A stretch of DNA of 64,000 bases from Octopus vulgaris. Its lineage: Eukaryota. Within the stretch, counting starts at the first letter, position 1. Each line of letters begins with the position of its first letter. The stretch is taken from assembly GCA_951406725.2 (NCBI GenBank), contig OX597814.1, positions 248,001-312,000 of the forward strand, in the 5' to 3' direction. Made by a program: the position numbers and the translations under genes. The notes below the pieces were generated by a model, which saw nothing but the letters and a program-made list of their open reading frames with translations, did not search any database and had not been told where the DNA came from. Of the stretch, positions 39,452 through 51,495 are shown piece after piece.

Positions 39452-41717
39452 TATCATCATCATCATCATTATCATCATCATCGTTATCATCACTATCATC
39501 ATTATCATCGTCATCATTATCATCACTATCATCACTATCATCATTATCACCATCATCATCATTACCAATATAATCATCATCGTTATCATCACTATCATCA
39601 TTATCATCATCATCGTTATCATCACTATCGTCATTATCATCAGCATTGTTATCACGCTCACCATTACCAATATCATCGTCATCATCGTCATCGTCGCTGT
39701 CGTCATTATCAGAAACACCATCATCATCATTATCATCGTCACCACCATCATCACCATCGTCATCACTACCGCCACCACCCCTACCAACCTCATCATTCCC
39801 ATCAATACCACCAACACCACTAACAGCAGCAGCATCCTTGCCGTGAGCATCATAGCTAATATTTTCATCATCATCATCACTATCGTCATAATCACCTTTG
39901 TCGTTGATTTAGTAAATGACTTTTGTTGTTGTTATTTTTGCAGTAAAAAGTCTCCTGTTCAAAATGACCCTGTCGTTAATGTTGCTGGGCTGCCCCTTCA
40001 ACTTGCTATCAATACAGCCCAGTTCGGTCGGGTCTTCCAGGACAGAAGTCACGTCTTCCACCTGATGCCACGGCCTAAAGATGTGACACAAAACATCCAC
40101 AACCTGAACGTCCGGGGTAAACGCGGCAACATTGTACAAACCTTCCCAGCTGTGGAGTACGACTTTGTACCCAACTCACTAACTATAAATTCCGATGATC
40201 TGGTACATATCCAGTGGACAGGTTAGTCTGCACCTCGTGTATTATCTGTGTTTTTATTTCATTACATCAAATAATGTTTATGTTGTTGTTCTTTTTGTTT
40301 AGACCCAGATTACTCTTGATCACATGGACATCGATTTCACAAAGACACAGTAATGAAATCAAAAACAGAGCAGCACCCATGACTTTCAAAAGCATTTTTT
40401 TGGCACTCAGAATTATCAAAGAATGTAATAAACTACCTGTATCAGTTGTTTACTATGAAGACAAAGCATTCTTCAATAATTCTATGCTTCCCAAAATTAA
40501 GCAACATTACTCCTGATGTGTCTGTTCACCCTTTCCTTCTTATGATTCCCTTAAAGTTCACTTTTCAATCTTCTTGTGTTTTATTCTGTCTACTGTGCAT
40601 GCATCCATAACCTTCATAATAATAATAATAATGAAATTATTGTATACAGTGCTCAGGTGCACCACAACTTGTCAAAGAGTGCATATAAAGTACATGCAGT
40701 AATGTACAAATGTCTGGAAAGTGAACAATGTATGAGTCAGATACATGCTTGTGTGTGTATGGAGAGAGAAAAATCAGGTGTAGTGTTGGCGAATCTCAGG
40801 AAGCATGGAAGTTTTGAAGGATGCAGTGCTCTGACAACTAACAACTGATGCCGGCAGTTTGTTCCATGCTTCAGCAACTCTTAGCGTGAAAAAATGTTTC
40901 CTAAAGTCATGGGAGCTGTGCTGTTTTCTGACTTTGTAAATATGTCCACGGGTGTTAGACAGGTGGAGTTTGAAAAGGTGCTCAGAGTTATTGTTTGTAA
41001 GATGGTTAATAATTTTATGGGTGTCTGCCAAGTCAGCTGCCAGATGTCGAAGTTTCAATGTATCCATTCCCAGGGAAGTAAGGCGTTCAGGATATGGCAA
41101 ATGCCTGATGGAGGGTATTCTTTTGGTTGCACGTCGCTTAACAGCTTCCAGACGATCGATATCCTGGGCAAGATAAGGGTTCCAGACCAGTGATGCAAAT
41201 TCTAGGTGAGGTCGTACCATAGCTATATAAAGATAGATAGTCGGAGAGCAGCTCACCAAGGACTTGGTGAGTGATGCCAAGACACCCTCAGCCTTCTTGG
41301 CAATTTTAGCAATGTGTTTTGTCCAAAGCAAATTGCTGGCTTTCTTCATATGACTTATAATTCTATTTTCTGTCCCCTTTTTTAACCCTGTCCAACAAAT
41401 TGTAGTGCACCATAACTAATGTATACTATAAACTCATTTATTCATGGTGTGCATGGATTTTTTTACATTCAGACTCAGCGTCCTTGATACCAGGTCACAA
41501 CCAATTTCCTTAGAAATCAAGGACCTTTTGAATGATTCGTGCTGTTCCCAAAAGAGCAGATTTCTGAATTGATGCAGTCCTGGTAGTTACATCAATCTCA
41601 GTATGGAAACTGCCAAGTCTCTTGGTGACAGCACCTTAGAGCATCTATAAAAACTGGGATTACTTTTATGATAATTCCTTACAGAATTAGTATTTCCCAA
41701 ACCAAATCCTATTATTA

Positions 41718-41764
<47 letters not shown>

Positions 41765-42956
41765 GAGTGAGAGAGCAGTGCATACCATCAAAGTGACACG
41801 GGTAAAATATATACAGCCCAGTATACCCATCATGACTACCCGTCTGATAAGGGTACACCAGGCACATGCATCACAACCATATGTACGCAACATGGTGATC
41901 TCATATCAAGATAAACAGTACATGACCTTGCAGGTGGGGCCCAGTTAGATGTTGAGCAAACCACCCATGTTTCCAAAGGTAAATTATTCAAACCTCTAAG
42001 AATTCCTTTCAACACATGGCTATGATTTATTTCTTTACTGCCCATAAAGGGCTACACACAGAGGGGACTAACAAGGACAGACAAACGGATTAAGTCGATT
42101 ACATCGACCCCAGTGCGTAACTGGTACTTATTTAATCAACCTCGAAAGGATGAAAGCTAAAGCCAACCTCGGCAGAATTTGAACTCAGAACGTAAACACT
42201 GATGAAATACAGCTAAGTATTTCACCTGCGTGCTAACATTTCTGCCAGCTCACCAGCTATGATGCTCCCCCACTACTTCTGCTCGTGATCAGAGATGCAC
42301 ATATCATCAGCCACTAAGAGACATGCTCAACTGGTTACAGTCAAACAACTAACAAGCAAATCTGTGGTATTGAGCAGAATATTTGCTGTAGCCCATCTTT
42401 TATAACCTATTATTATTATTAAGTGAGAGAGCAGTGCATGCCATCAAAGTGACACTGGGGTAAAATATACGAAGCCCAGTATACCCATCATGACTACCCG
42501 TCTGATAAGGGTACACCAGGCACATGCATCACAACCATATGTGCGCGATATGGTGATCTCATATCAAGATAAACAGCACATAACCTTGCAGGTGGGGCCC
42601 AGTTAGAATTTTCTTCTGGTCGAGTAACCCATACCACTCAAAAGGTCCTTGAATAAGGGTTATTTAAGGATGTTAAATGAAACACCCATGTTTCCAAAGG
42701 TGAATTATTTAAACCCCAAAGAATTCCTCTCAACACATGGCTTCTGCTCGTGATCAGAGATGCACATATCGTCAGCCACTAAGGGACATGCTCAACTGGT
42801 TACGGTCAAACAACTGACAATCAAATCTGTGGTATTGGAGCAGAATATTTGCTGTAGCCCATCTTTTATACCAAGACAAAACAATGTACATGATAACACT
42901 TCCAATCAGTTAAGATCAGAAGCCATGAGAGCCACTGCCTGGTACTGCATCAGAGC

Positions 42957-43010
<54 letters not shown>

Positions 43011-44164
43011 GGCAGCGATGTTTCCTGGGGCTAAATAACAGTAGCATTCTTCCCCTTCCTGGGACTGCCACACTAAGTTGGCAACAAACCATCACTTTAT
43101 TGAGCTGCTACTGTATAAGACTCTCTCTGAGAGATTTAGAAATGCAATATTCCTAACGTATTTATGTCATTTTCTTGATAATGTAGTTAAATATTTTGAA
43201 AGACACCCCCCCCCATGTTATTTTCTGTTGAGGATCCTTCATATTCTTCCATCTCTCTTTACAGGTAGCAACACACACAACAACAACAACGACGGCAATG
43301 ATGGGGAAGGTAATGCAGGTAAGGAAAATCTTATTGTTATGATTATTGCTGTTACTACTACTACTACTACAGTTATTATCATTATTATTGTCCTTTTAAC
43401 ACAGGTTTTGTTGGTACTTCTGGAGTCTTGCATGAACGGCAGACTTGCTACTTGCAGCCAGAAGGTACCATGTATGCATATTTGTTCTCTTCAACACCTG
43501 TTGTCAAGCAGTGGTAGGGGGCAAGCACGCTGTATATACATACATACATACATACATACATACATACATACATACATACATACATACACATATATATACA
43601 TACATACGTACGTACGTACGTATGTATGTATATATATGTGTGATAGATCATTAGCCACTACACACATTTTTTTCTCTCCTTGTTTTTTTCTGTGTCCCTT
43701 TCTGTAGAAGAGCGTAGGCTCGAAACGTAAAAGACTTTTTCTATTCCTGAGCGTTATACTAATACATCTGTTTGTTTTGTACACCACCTGTCTTCGTCTT
43801 TTGTTGTTTTTTTCGTAAACTCTCCCTATATATATATATATATATATATTTCGTTTTTGGATTTGGTTTGCAAGATTCTTTATATGAGTTCGTGTGTTGA
43901 AGCATATTTTGTTGTGTCTGGGGAGAGTCATTTTCTTTTTGTGCCTTATAATATAACACACTCACTGGTAAAATTACCACTTTTTTTTCTTTTTTTTTCC
44001 TAAAATTTTCGTTGTGTCTTGCAACCTTTTCGATAGTTACTATTGAAAAGGTTGCAAGATGCAACGAACTTTTAGAAAAATAAATAAGTAAATGAGTGGA
44101 AATTTTACCAGCGTGTGTGTTAAATTATAAGGCACCAAAAGAGAATGACTCTCCCCAGATACAA

Positions 44165-44195
<31 letters not shown>

Positions 44196-44802
44196 CAGCA
44201 GACTCAAAAGTATCACTTCATTCAAAGTGCCACACACCCCCGCCACGCTAATGGACTGACCTAAGACCTTGTTGTTGAGAAGCAAACTTCTTACCACACG
44301 TCTGGTCTGAGGGAAGTATTACCTTAATTGGAAACGTGAGGTTTGGCGACAGGAAGAGCATCTGGACGTAGAAAATCTGCCTCAATAAATTCCGTTCGAG
44401 GAACGTTAAGACGACGAAATTTTTTTAATGTTCCGCTTTTTTTTTTTTCTTAGTCTTGAATCAGTTTCATCTCTGGTCGTCATTAAAAGTCTCATTCCTG
44501 GATATCTATGACCATTACTTTCGAATTTCCACAACAAATTTGTGTTAGTTCCTTTTAAGCGCAACCATTCTCCGTCATACGGGAAATATAAAGGGAGATT
44601 ACTTTTAAAATATTTGTCGGGAGGAGTTCCTTCCCTTAGTTTTTGTTTTTTTTTTATGTTGCATTTTGCGTACTTTTTCTTACCTTTCCTCTTCTTAAAA
44701 TTTGTTGCCTCTTCCTCATCCTCTCGCTGCCTTCCTCCTCCCCCTTAACTCTTATAGATTATCCTTCTTTTATTCTAATTTATTTATTTTCCGATACCCG
44801 TT

Positions 44803-44879
<77 letters not shown>

Positions 44880-45969
44880 TTTCCCAGCAGAAATTTGTGC
44901 TTTAAGGTTTCTTCATTACCATTTCTATAATGGCCCCTATTTCTGCTACAACCCACCACAACAGCCAGTTTTAATTCCAGCAATTCCACTCTCATAGCAT
45001 TCTTCATCTCTGCTGATTTGGTCTCTGAGGTAACAGAAACTTTCTGGTACCTCCAAGGATCCGCCTGGGCAGTAGAGGAAATCTGCTTCTTGTGTGTTCC
45101 TACTGTCTCTTGTTCCCACACATCTGCCGCACACAAAGAGTATTTTCTCTGTTAACCTTTCTGTAATTCTGCTGCCCTTCTTATGCAGCAGGTTGCAAAA
45201 GTAGATATATAGCTACGAAAAAATGTCCATACATACATACATACATATACATACATACATACATACATACATACATACATACACATACATACATACATAT
45301 ATGTATGTATGTATGTATATATATATGTATATATATGTATATATATATATATATACGAAAAAAAGAAAACACATACAATTCTCATTTATTTTTATGAAAA
45401 AAATTATTATAGGTGCAGGAGTGGCTGTGTGGTAAGTAGCTTGCTTACCAACCACATGGTTCCGGGTTCAGTCCCACTGCGTGGCATCTTGGGCAAGTGT
45501 CTTCTGCTATAGCCTCGAGCCTACCAAAGACTTGTGAGTGGATTTGGTAGACGGAAACTGAAAGAAGCCCATCGTATATATATATATATATATATGTGAG
45601 TGTGTACATATATATGTGTGTGTACATGTTTGTGTGTCTGTGTTTGTCCCCCCAATACCATTTGCCAACCGATGCTGGTGTGTTTACGTCCCCTGTAACT
45701 TAGCGGTTCGGCAAAAGAGACCAATAGAGTAAGTACTAGGCTTACAAAGAATAAGTCCTGGGGTCAATTTGCTCGACTAAAAAGGTGGTGCTCCAGCATG
45801 GCCACAGTCAAATGATTGAAACAAGCAAAAGAAAGAATAAATTCATAATTATGATAAATCTATTATTATGATTAATGACACTAATGAGGCTAATTAATTT
45901 AATGTGTTAATCATTTTAATGAATTAAATATCATAACATTGATGTGATACTGACAGTATACCTACTTTT

Positions 45970-46004
<35 letters not shown>

Positions 46005-49000
46005 GTATATCCCTAGATTGCACTGGGTACACCTCACAGAATTTCTGCCTACACCTTCCCTACATATCAAGCAGGGTCATTTCCCAGAGTGCATTAATAA
46101 ATTGTCTCATTTCCTCCTAATTAGTACTTTGCTTTTTGCTAAATTAACTGTAAGGCCCTTTGATTCCAGGACTTGCTTTTTGCCCCTGAAATTTCTTTTC
46201 TAACTGTAGTAGGGATTCAGCTATAGAAACAATGACATCAGCACTGAGTGCCTCCTGTGGGCAGCCAGTTTTAAATTCCTCACACAAGAGGGGGAAGGGG
46301 AAGAAGTAAATATTTGGGAATTCCTACCTGCACCCTAAACTTGTTGCTGTATACATTGCTGACTTTCACCTTACTAACAGCACCCCTGGACATTACTGGA
46401 CATTACCCATAACTTCCCCAGACATTACTCATAACGTACCTGGACATTACCCATAACGTCCCCGGACATTACCCATAATGTCCCCGGACATTACCCTTAA
46501 CTTCCCCAGACATTACTCATAATGTACCCGGATATTACCCATAACATCCCTGGACATTACCCGTAACTTCTGCAGTGACCAACCACCAGATGAGAGAGTA
46601 AGGGACCCTGTCAAAGGCTTTCACCATATCAAGAGATCCCAAATGCAGCAGTTTATTTTTAACCAAATGCTCCTCCTGTGGTTACCATTTCCAGTAATGC
46701 CTTTGTCAATAGTGCTTTTCCCTGGCACAAAAACAAACTGCATCTCATCTATATGCACACATGCATATGCATTTATACATATACTAGCATTATGCTACTG
46801 CATGTATATATGTGTATATATATGTGTACATATTACATGTACATCTATATATATACATCTACAGATAAAATACAAAATACAAAGTTATGTCTTGATATCG
46901 CTAGTGATAACAATACTCAAAATATATAACAGACTGGAATTGTAGGCCCGTCTCTTGCAATTTCGATGAATTGTATCTTGTCCTCCCTCTTGTATAGAAG
47001 TGTGGCTACAATCCAGCCTACCTCTACTTCTGGTGGAACATTTTTAATTTTTATCCAGGACGTCCTATGTCCCAGATATAAAAGTAAAAATAAAATATTT
47101 CCACTTTGCAAGGTTCAAGTCGAGTACACCCTTGCACGCTCTGTTGACTCGAACCTTGCTTCTATTGTGGTAAATTTACCGCCTCTAGTTAGATACTTGA
47201 TATCTTTCATAGTCGCACCAAGACACTTTTCAATGTGTGCTTTCCTCCAGGTGTTCAAATCTTTTTTTTCTTTCTCTACATTGTATACTTTATAGACAAT
47301 AATCTTTTCTTTAATTTAATTTTTTATTTCGTTTGGTGGTGTTATCCTAGATTCACCGTCTTTGTCGGTGATCAATCCGAAATAGGTTTGTATTTCTTCC
47401 ATTTTAATTTCAATGAGTTTGCACCCGCCGACGGCTGCAGCGAAATTCATTTTTGGACTTTCTTCTACCGAAGACATTTTAACAAAAATGCTTCTGTGTA
47501 AATGGTGAAAATATTGTCAATTTCCCCAAACAGGGACACAATTCAATTTTTAAACAATAACCAAAGCTCCTTCTCCCAAAGGGGGAGGGTTACGGTTTAA
47601 AATTATTTAACAAATGCAACACAGCAACGCTTCCCTTACAAGGAACCAACAAACGTGATAACAATAGTTAAATAGTAATAATAATAGCAAAAAACCTTAC
47701 GGTGAATCAAAAAGTAGTACGCAGTTGAAGCTATAGTCCTTTATGGATCAGAAATAAACCAACAGCAGTACTCAGTAGAAGCGACTGTTCGAGAAAACAG
47801 ACATTACATACAGCCAAACTTCATATAGATACTTAATGCTAGCTAATTAGCAGATAATCTGATGTAAAAGCCGTGGTAAACGGTATGTGCACAGCTCCAT
47901 CTGGACTATTCCATTTCTGCACTTAAATTTTATTTTTTATTTATTCCCATTCATGTGAAACCACTTATTCAAGTTCAAATCATTGATGCAATTTTATACC
48001 AATTGCTATTTTTACTTTTGTTATGTTACGATTATATTATACTTTAGTTTGATTTTAATTATTACTTACTACATATAATTCAATTGTTATTATTATTTTT
48101 ATTGTTAAAGTGAAAGTATCTGACATAAAATAGAGAAATGTTTTTGTTTCACTTTTAACACGTAATACGGAAAAAGTGGAGAAGATATGATATTGCTATG
48201 GGCTCGCTCTAGGCAAGAAGTTGAACATTTTTTTTGCCCATGAAACTACATGGACCCTAAGTAAGGCATGTGTAAAATTTGAATGGAATTGGTTGTGTAA
48301 TTCTCAAGTTTTAGGGAATCGTAGTGGAGAAGATATGATAATGCTGTGGGCTCGCCCTAGGCAAAAAGTTTTAAAATTTTTTTGCCGATGACACTCCCCG
48401 GACCCTAAGTAAGGCATGTGTTAAATTTGAATGAAATTGGTTGTGTAGTTCTCAAGTTTTAGGGAAACAAACAGACAAACAGACAGACACACATCCTCAG
48501 TTTTATATATATAGAGATAAAACTTTCTGAACTGTTCTTTGTTTATATATTTTCAGGAACTGATCGCCACAACATCGTTCAGTCAAAGCAAGCTGGTGTC
48601 AGTTACCCTCTGCCTTATGGCAATACTACTCTTTGGAAGAACAGTCGAATAGTTTGGATATATCATAAAGAAACCAAAATAGGTCCTCAAGATCTTGCTC
48701 TCAGTCTGGCTTCGTCAGGATATTATACGTAAGTCATTTAACACACCTTCAAGCTGTTTATTTACAAATATATTTATTTCGTTGATCTTCATCATCACCG
48801 TTTAACGTCCGCTTTCCATGCTGGCATGGGTTGGACGTATGACTGAAGGCTGGCGAACCAGATGGCTGCACCAGGCTCCAATCTTGATCAAGCAGAGTTT
48901 CTACAGCTGGATGCCCTTCCTAATGCCAACCACTTCAAGAGTGCAGTGGGTGCTTTTACGTGCCACCGGCATGGGGCCAGTCAGGTAGCACTGGCAACGA

Positions 49001-49907
49001 CCTTGCTCGAATCTTTTACACATGCTACTGGCATGGGTGCCAGTAAGGTGATGTCGGTAACGATCACACTCGAGTGGTGTCTTTTAAGTGCCACTGACAC
49101 AGAGGCCAGTTATCCGCTCTGGCAACGATCAAGCTCGGATGGTGCTCTTATTACCCTACTAGCACAGGGCTCGAGTGCCAGTCGTGCGACGCTGGTAACG
49201 ATCACGCTCGAATGGTGCCTTTTAAGTGCCACTGGCACAGAAGCTGGTTAGCTGCTCTGTCAACAATCACACTCGTATGGGGCTCTTTGCACCTCACTAG
49301 CACAGACACCAGTCATCGAATTTGATTTTGATATATAATTTTCCTTCCATGTCCACATAAAATGTTAGTAGTGTATCATTGAGTTAGAAAATGCCACATG
49401 TTATATGAGTCAAATAAGCAAATACAATCATTCATCAACAGATGCTTGCGTAGGATACTTAAAATTAGATGACCCCAACACATAAGCAATATGGAGCTAT
49501 GGCAAAGAAGAAATCAAGTTTCGATTAGGGAGCAAATATTTAAGAAAAAGTGGAAGTGGATTGGCAGCACAATTAGAAAAGACACACCAAGGTGCCACGC
49601 AGTGGGACTGAACCCAGAACCATGTGGTTCGTAAACAAGCTACTTACCACACAGCCACTCCTGCGCCTATTTCACATTTATATTTTTTTTTGACTCTTTC
49701 AGGTGTGTGAACTCAGCGAAATGCCCTGCTGCCCTTGCAAAAGACAGTTTGAACAAGAAAGCCAAAATGAACAACGTTTTAAACAATGCCCCTGCTTCAT
49801 ACAAAGGTGTTTTACTTAGTATAAAGAAGGGCAATTATTATTACTTGTGTAGTCGAAACAACAACTTCACAAACAGGAGCCAAAAGGGTGTCATCCATGT
49901 GAAATAA
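21247..49907 (+). CDS. DD3-3: DD3-3-like secreted protein, 13 coding exons, 653 aa (whole span)
   Basis: Exons joined manually at GT-AG sites give one open frame of 1962 nt. It has a signal peptide and family motifs [102 protein letters not shown] and [14 protein letters not shown]. Family assignment is from recognition, not a database search. Confidence 0.9.
21519..22624. mobile_element. Tigger-like MITE containing an expanded 14-bp minisatellite (AGTTCACCTATCAC)n
   Basis: TA-flanked imperfect TIRs CAGCAATCCCTC / GAGGGTTAACTA; array about 21530-22440. Confidence 0.75.
23220..23297 (+). CDS. DD3-3: DD3-3-like coding exon 2 ([10 protein letters not shown]...QYQM)
   Basis: tctcttcAG acceptor, ATG|GTGAGC donor, 78 nt, phase 0/0. 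Confidence 0.9.
23402..23570 (+). CDS. DD3-3: DD3-3-like coding exon 3 (KYFQS...EWVNQHGCG...MDP)
   Basis: gtttcAG acceptor, G|GTCAGT donor, 169 nt, phase 0/1. Confidence 0.85.
24788..24973 (+). CDS. DD3-3: DD3-3-like coding exon 4 (DKLDVLRDG...[19 protein letters not shown])
   Basis: attacAG acceptor, G|GTAAGT donor, 186 nt, phase 1/1. Confidence 0.87.
25166..25562 (+). mobile_element. Non-autonomous Helitron-like element
   Basis: Starts TC(TCTC)TATATAAA, ends CCGAGCAACGCCAGGCGATACTG-CTAG, inserted between A and T. Confidence 0.7.
26630..26816 (+). CDS. DD3-3: DD3-3-like coding exon 5 (GLFAADQ...[18 protein letters not shown]...DC)
   Basis: ttttcAG acceptor, CA|GTAAGT donor, 187 nt, phase 1/2. 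Confidence 0.92.
27263..27813 (-). mobile_element. Deleted mariner element
   Basis: TIRs TGAGGTCTGTTCAAA / TTTGACCAGACCTCA; minus-strand FQECFQQ...[12 protein letters not shown]-like C-terminus. Confidence 0.7.
28331..28494 (+). CDS. DD3-3: DD3-3-like coding exon 6 (NYRDKSFN...YLEKAP)
   Basis: tttgcAG acceptor, CAG|GTAAGT donor, 164 nt, phase 2/1. Confidence 0.88.
29249..29749. mobile_element. Tigger-like MITE
   Basis: TA-CAATGATCCCT...TCGCGG and CCGCGATAAACGAAGGATCACTG-TA termini. Confidence 0.7.
29772..29970. repeat. 22-bp minisatellite (ACTATGACATCTCTCTATAACC)n, decaying
   Basis: Direct tandem copies. Confidence 0.8.
31400..31550 (+). CDS. DD3-3: DD3-3-like coding exon 7 (EYKTAEEC...CHKAAYSR)
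   Basis: ttcttccAG acceptor, CG|GTAAGT donor, 151 nt, phase 1/2; absent from the ORF track. Confidence 0.87.
31605..32631 (-). mobile_element. Tc1-like transposon with frameshifted DDE transposase pseudogene (intron 7)
   Basis: TIRs CAGGGGTTGGACAAAATAATGG / CCATTATTTTGCCCAAACCCTG-TA; [29 protein letters not shown]. Confidence 0.9.
33859..33963 (+). CDS. DD3-3: DD3-3-like coding exon 8 (TNHLGNG...[18 protein letters not shown])
   Basis: ttacacAG acceptor, AG|GTAAGT donor, 105 nt, phase 2/2. Confidence 0.9.
35135..35599. mobile_element. Two tandem piggyBac-like MITEs (35135-35357, 35378-35599)
   Basis: TTAA-CC(C)TTT...AAAGGG-TTA(A) termini; the two ~220-bp copies are similar. Confidence 0.7.
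35679..35735 (+). CDS. DD3-3: DD3-3-like coding exon 9 ([11 protein letters not shown]...QN)
   Basis: ttttgcAG acceptor, GG|GTAAGT donor, 57 nt, phase 2/2. Confidence 0.88.
37835..38833. mobile_element. Head-to-head pair of tRNA-headed, (AAT)n-linked, hammerhead-tailed elements (intron 9); left copy interrupted by a family C insertion
   Basis: Heads 38460-38530(-) and about 38560-38630(+); tails 37835-38000(-) and 38660-38833(+) containing CTGATGA-aGGCTG...CAGCC-GAAAC. Confidence 0.8.
39172..39900. repeat. (CAT)n-rich tract upstream of exon 10
   Basis: Trinucleotide repeats; source of the spurious poly-Ile and poly-Met ORFs. Confidence 0.95.
39944..40221 (+). CDS. DD3-3: DD3-3-like coding exon 10 (KKSPVQND...HIQWT)
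   Basis: tttttgcAG acceptor, G|GTTAGT donor, 278 nt, phase 2/1. Confidence 0.92.
40617..41320 (-). mobile_element. CR1/L2-group LINE 3' fragment with (TTA)n tail
   Basis: [16 protein letters not shown]...[13 protein letters not shown]...YPERL...TRGH...[14 protein letters not shown]. Confidence 0.9.
41480..41700 (-). mobile_element. R4/Dong-like (RLE-type) non-LTR 3' fragment beside (TAA)n
   Basis: Minus-strand VIPVFIDAL...[17 protein letters not shown]. Confidence 0.6.
41762..42960 (-). mobile_element. Two tandem copies of an (AAT)n-tailed short retroelement; the first carries a family B SINE
   Basis: GAGTGAGAGAGCAGTGCAT...CCCGTCTGATAAGGGTACACCAGGC repeated at about 41765 and 42422, bounded by (TAT)n. 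Confidence 0.75.
43265..43318 (+). CDS. DD3-3: DD3-3-like coding exon 11 ([18 protein letters not shown])
   Basis: ctttacAG acceptor, CAG|GTAAGG donor, 54 nt, phase 1/1. Confidence 0.87.
43910..44166. repeat. Inverted repeat (~120-bp arms) in intron 11
   Basis: TCTGGGGAGAGTCATT...GCAACCTTTTC / GAAAAGGTTGC...AATGACTCTCCCCAGA. Confidence 0.85.
46380..46570. repeat. 22-bp minisatellite (GGACATTACCCATAACGTCCCC)n
   Basis: About 8 tandem copies. Confidence 0.85.
46940..47800 (-). mobile_element. Probable LINE 5' end/ORF1 remnant
   Basis: Long stop-poor minus-strand frame ...[18 protein letters not shown]... resembling L1/Tx1 ORF1. Confidence 0.45.
47853..48517 (-). mobile_element. Non-autonomous Helitron-like element with internal ~150-bp duplication
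   Basis: Minus strand starts TCTCTATATATATAAAACTGAG..(TGTC)n; duplicated block 48175-48460; 3' end degenerate. Confidence 0.5.
48557..48728 (+). CDS. DD3-3: DD3-3-like coding exon 12 (GTDRHNIVQ...LASSGYY)
   Basis: ttttcAG acceptor, AC|GTAAGT donor, 172 nt, phase 1/2. Confidence 0.9.
49703..49907 (+). CDS. DD3-3: DD3-3-like terminal coding exon 13 (CVNSAKC...[19 protein letters not shown])
   Basis: ctctttcAG acceptor, 205 nt, TAA at 49905-07 closes the frame. Confidence 0.92.
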
Positions 49908-50013
49908 CTGAACGTTTCTCCTCAGTTTACTGCTTGGCAACAAGGGATGATGTTACCTTCAACAATTTAAGAGTTCTTACTAATATTTGTTTGTTTTGAC
50001 TTTAACTTTGAAA

Positions 50014-50063
<50 letters not shown>

Positions 50064-50177
50064 CTAGATCGATAGATGATTTTCTTTTCACTATGTTCTT
50101 TACAACTAAAATGCTTTTAACTAAATCAGCCCTTTTTTTTATATATGTATTTTCTTGATATTTCAATCATGATGACT

Positions 50178-50208
<31 letters not shown>

Positions 50209-51495
50209 TGTGCGCATGCACATGCATACATATATACATATATACTTACAAATGTATGTGTACATGTATATCTGTATATATGTATGTATTGATGTCAGTT
50301 ATGTTTACAACAGAAGGTAGAAAAATAGTCGACACATCAGACAGAATTTCTATATTTTATTCGAGGATAAAGTTTCTTGAATCATTCCTCAAAGTTTCTT
50401 GTTGGTGATTGTACAAATGAATCTTTTGAATAATTTGCAATATAAACCTCAAAATAATGATCCGAGAAGCTTAAGATACACAGACACACCCACACACATA
50501 CTCACACACACACACATACATGCACATGCACGCACACGATTATTTCTAAGACACTGACATAGGCTATTATTGCTATGACTTCTGGAAATAACATTGCTAT
50601 TAATATGGGACACGGGCGGGGTGCTGGATGCACTTTTGCTCGGGGACAAGATGCCGAAAATTAAAATATATGATAATCCTTTTATTCCTACAATATGACC
50701 ATTTGACAGACTGAATTACTCATTAAACTACGTAGGTAGGAATGAGTTTATTATTATCATTATTATTATTATTATTATTATTGTGTCCGTTCGGCTTTTT
50801 GGCTTTGGCTTCTGGTCCCTCAGCAAGTGTGTATTCAACATCGTGTCCATACATGATTGATACACTTCCTCTAACTGTAAAATTTGATATCATTGCTATC
50901 ATACCGTTAACAGTATTTAACTTCAAATGTGTTACTACAACAGTTCACATTTTCTTTCTTTTGTCGCTTACAGTTTAAGATTATATTAGTCATACCTACA
51001 AGACACCAAACATTTATATGCCTGTTTATTACCTTTTGATCATAACCACAGGCTAACTTAGTATATATATATATATATATATATATAGTTTCACCAGAAG
51101 ATTGCATGAAGACAACAGACATGTTATAAAATGTTGTCTGCGTTGTTTTCATTGAATGAAACTATTGGTAGCTCAAGAAAATATATTCTGTGTTCATTAA
51201 ATCATAGCTGTCTGTTAGCTTCACAGTATAGTTTACTATAAATATGTATATATATATATATATATATGTATGTGTATATATATATTATATTAAATTATAT
51301 ATAAATAGAAGAGTGTATTTTTACCTTGTTAACAATTAACACGGAAAAAATAAATAAATAGTTACCAGGGTAGCAAAAATCTCACAAGTAAAGATGTAAC
51401 TCCTTGTTTATAAAGGTAGAAACTTCGTGTTTACGTGGAATATTTTGAATAATATTTTGCTAAAATGTCTTATTGACGAGTTTCGTTCTTTTCAA

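Noticed and set aside
39020-39943. 387-aa and 291-aa ORFs (poly-Ile, poly-Met)
   Set aside because: (CAT)n repeat read-through; only 39944-40221 is a real exon
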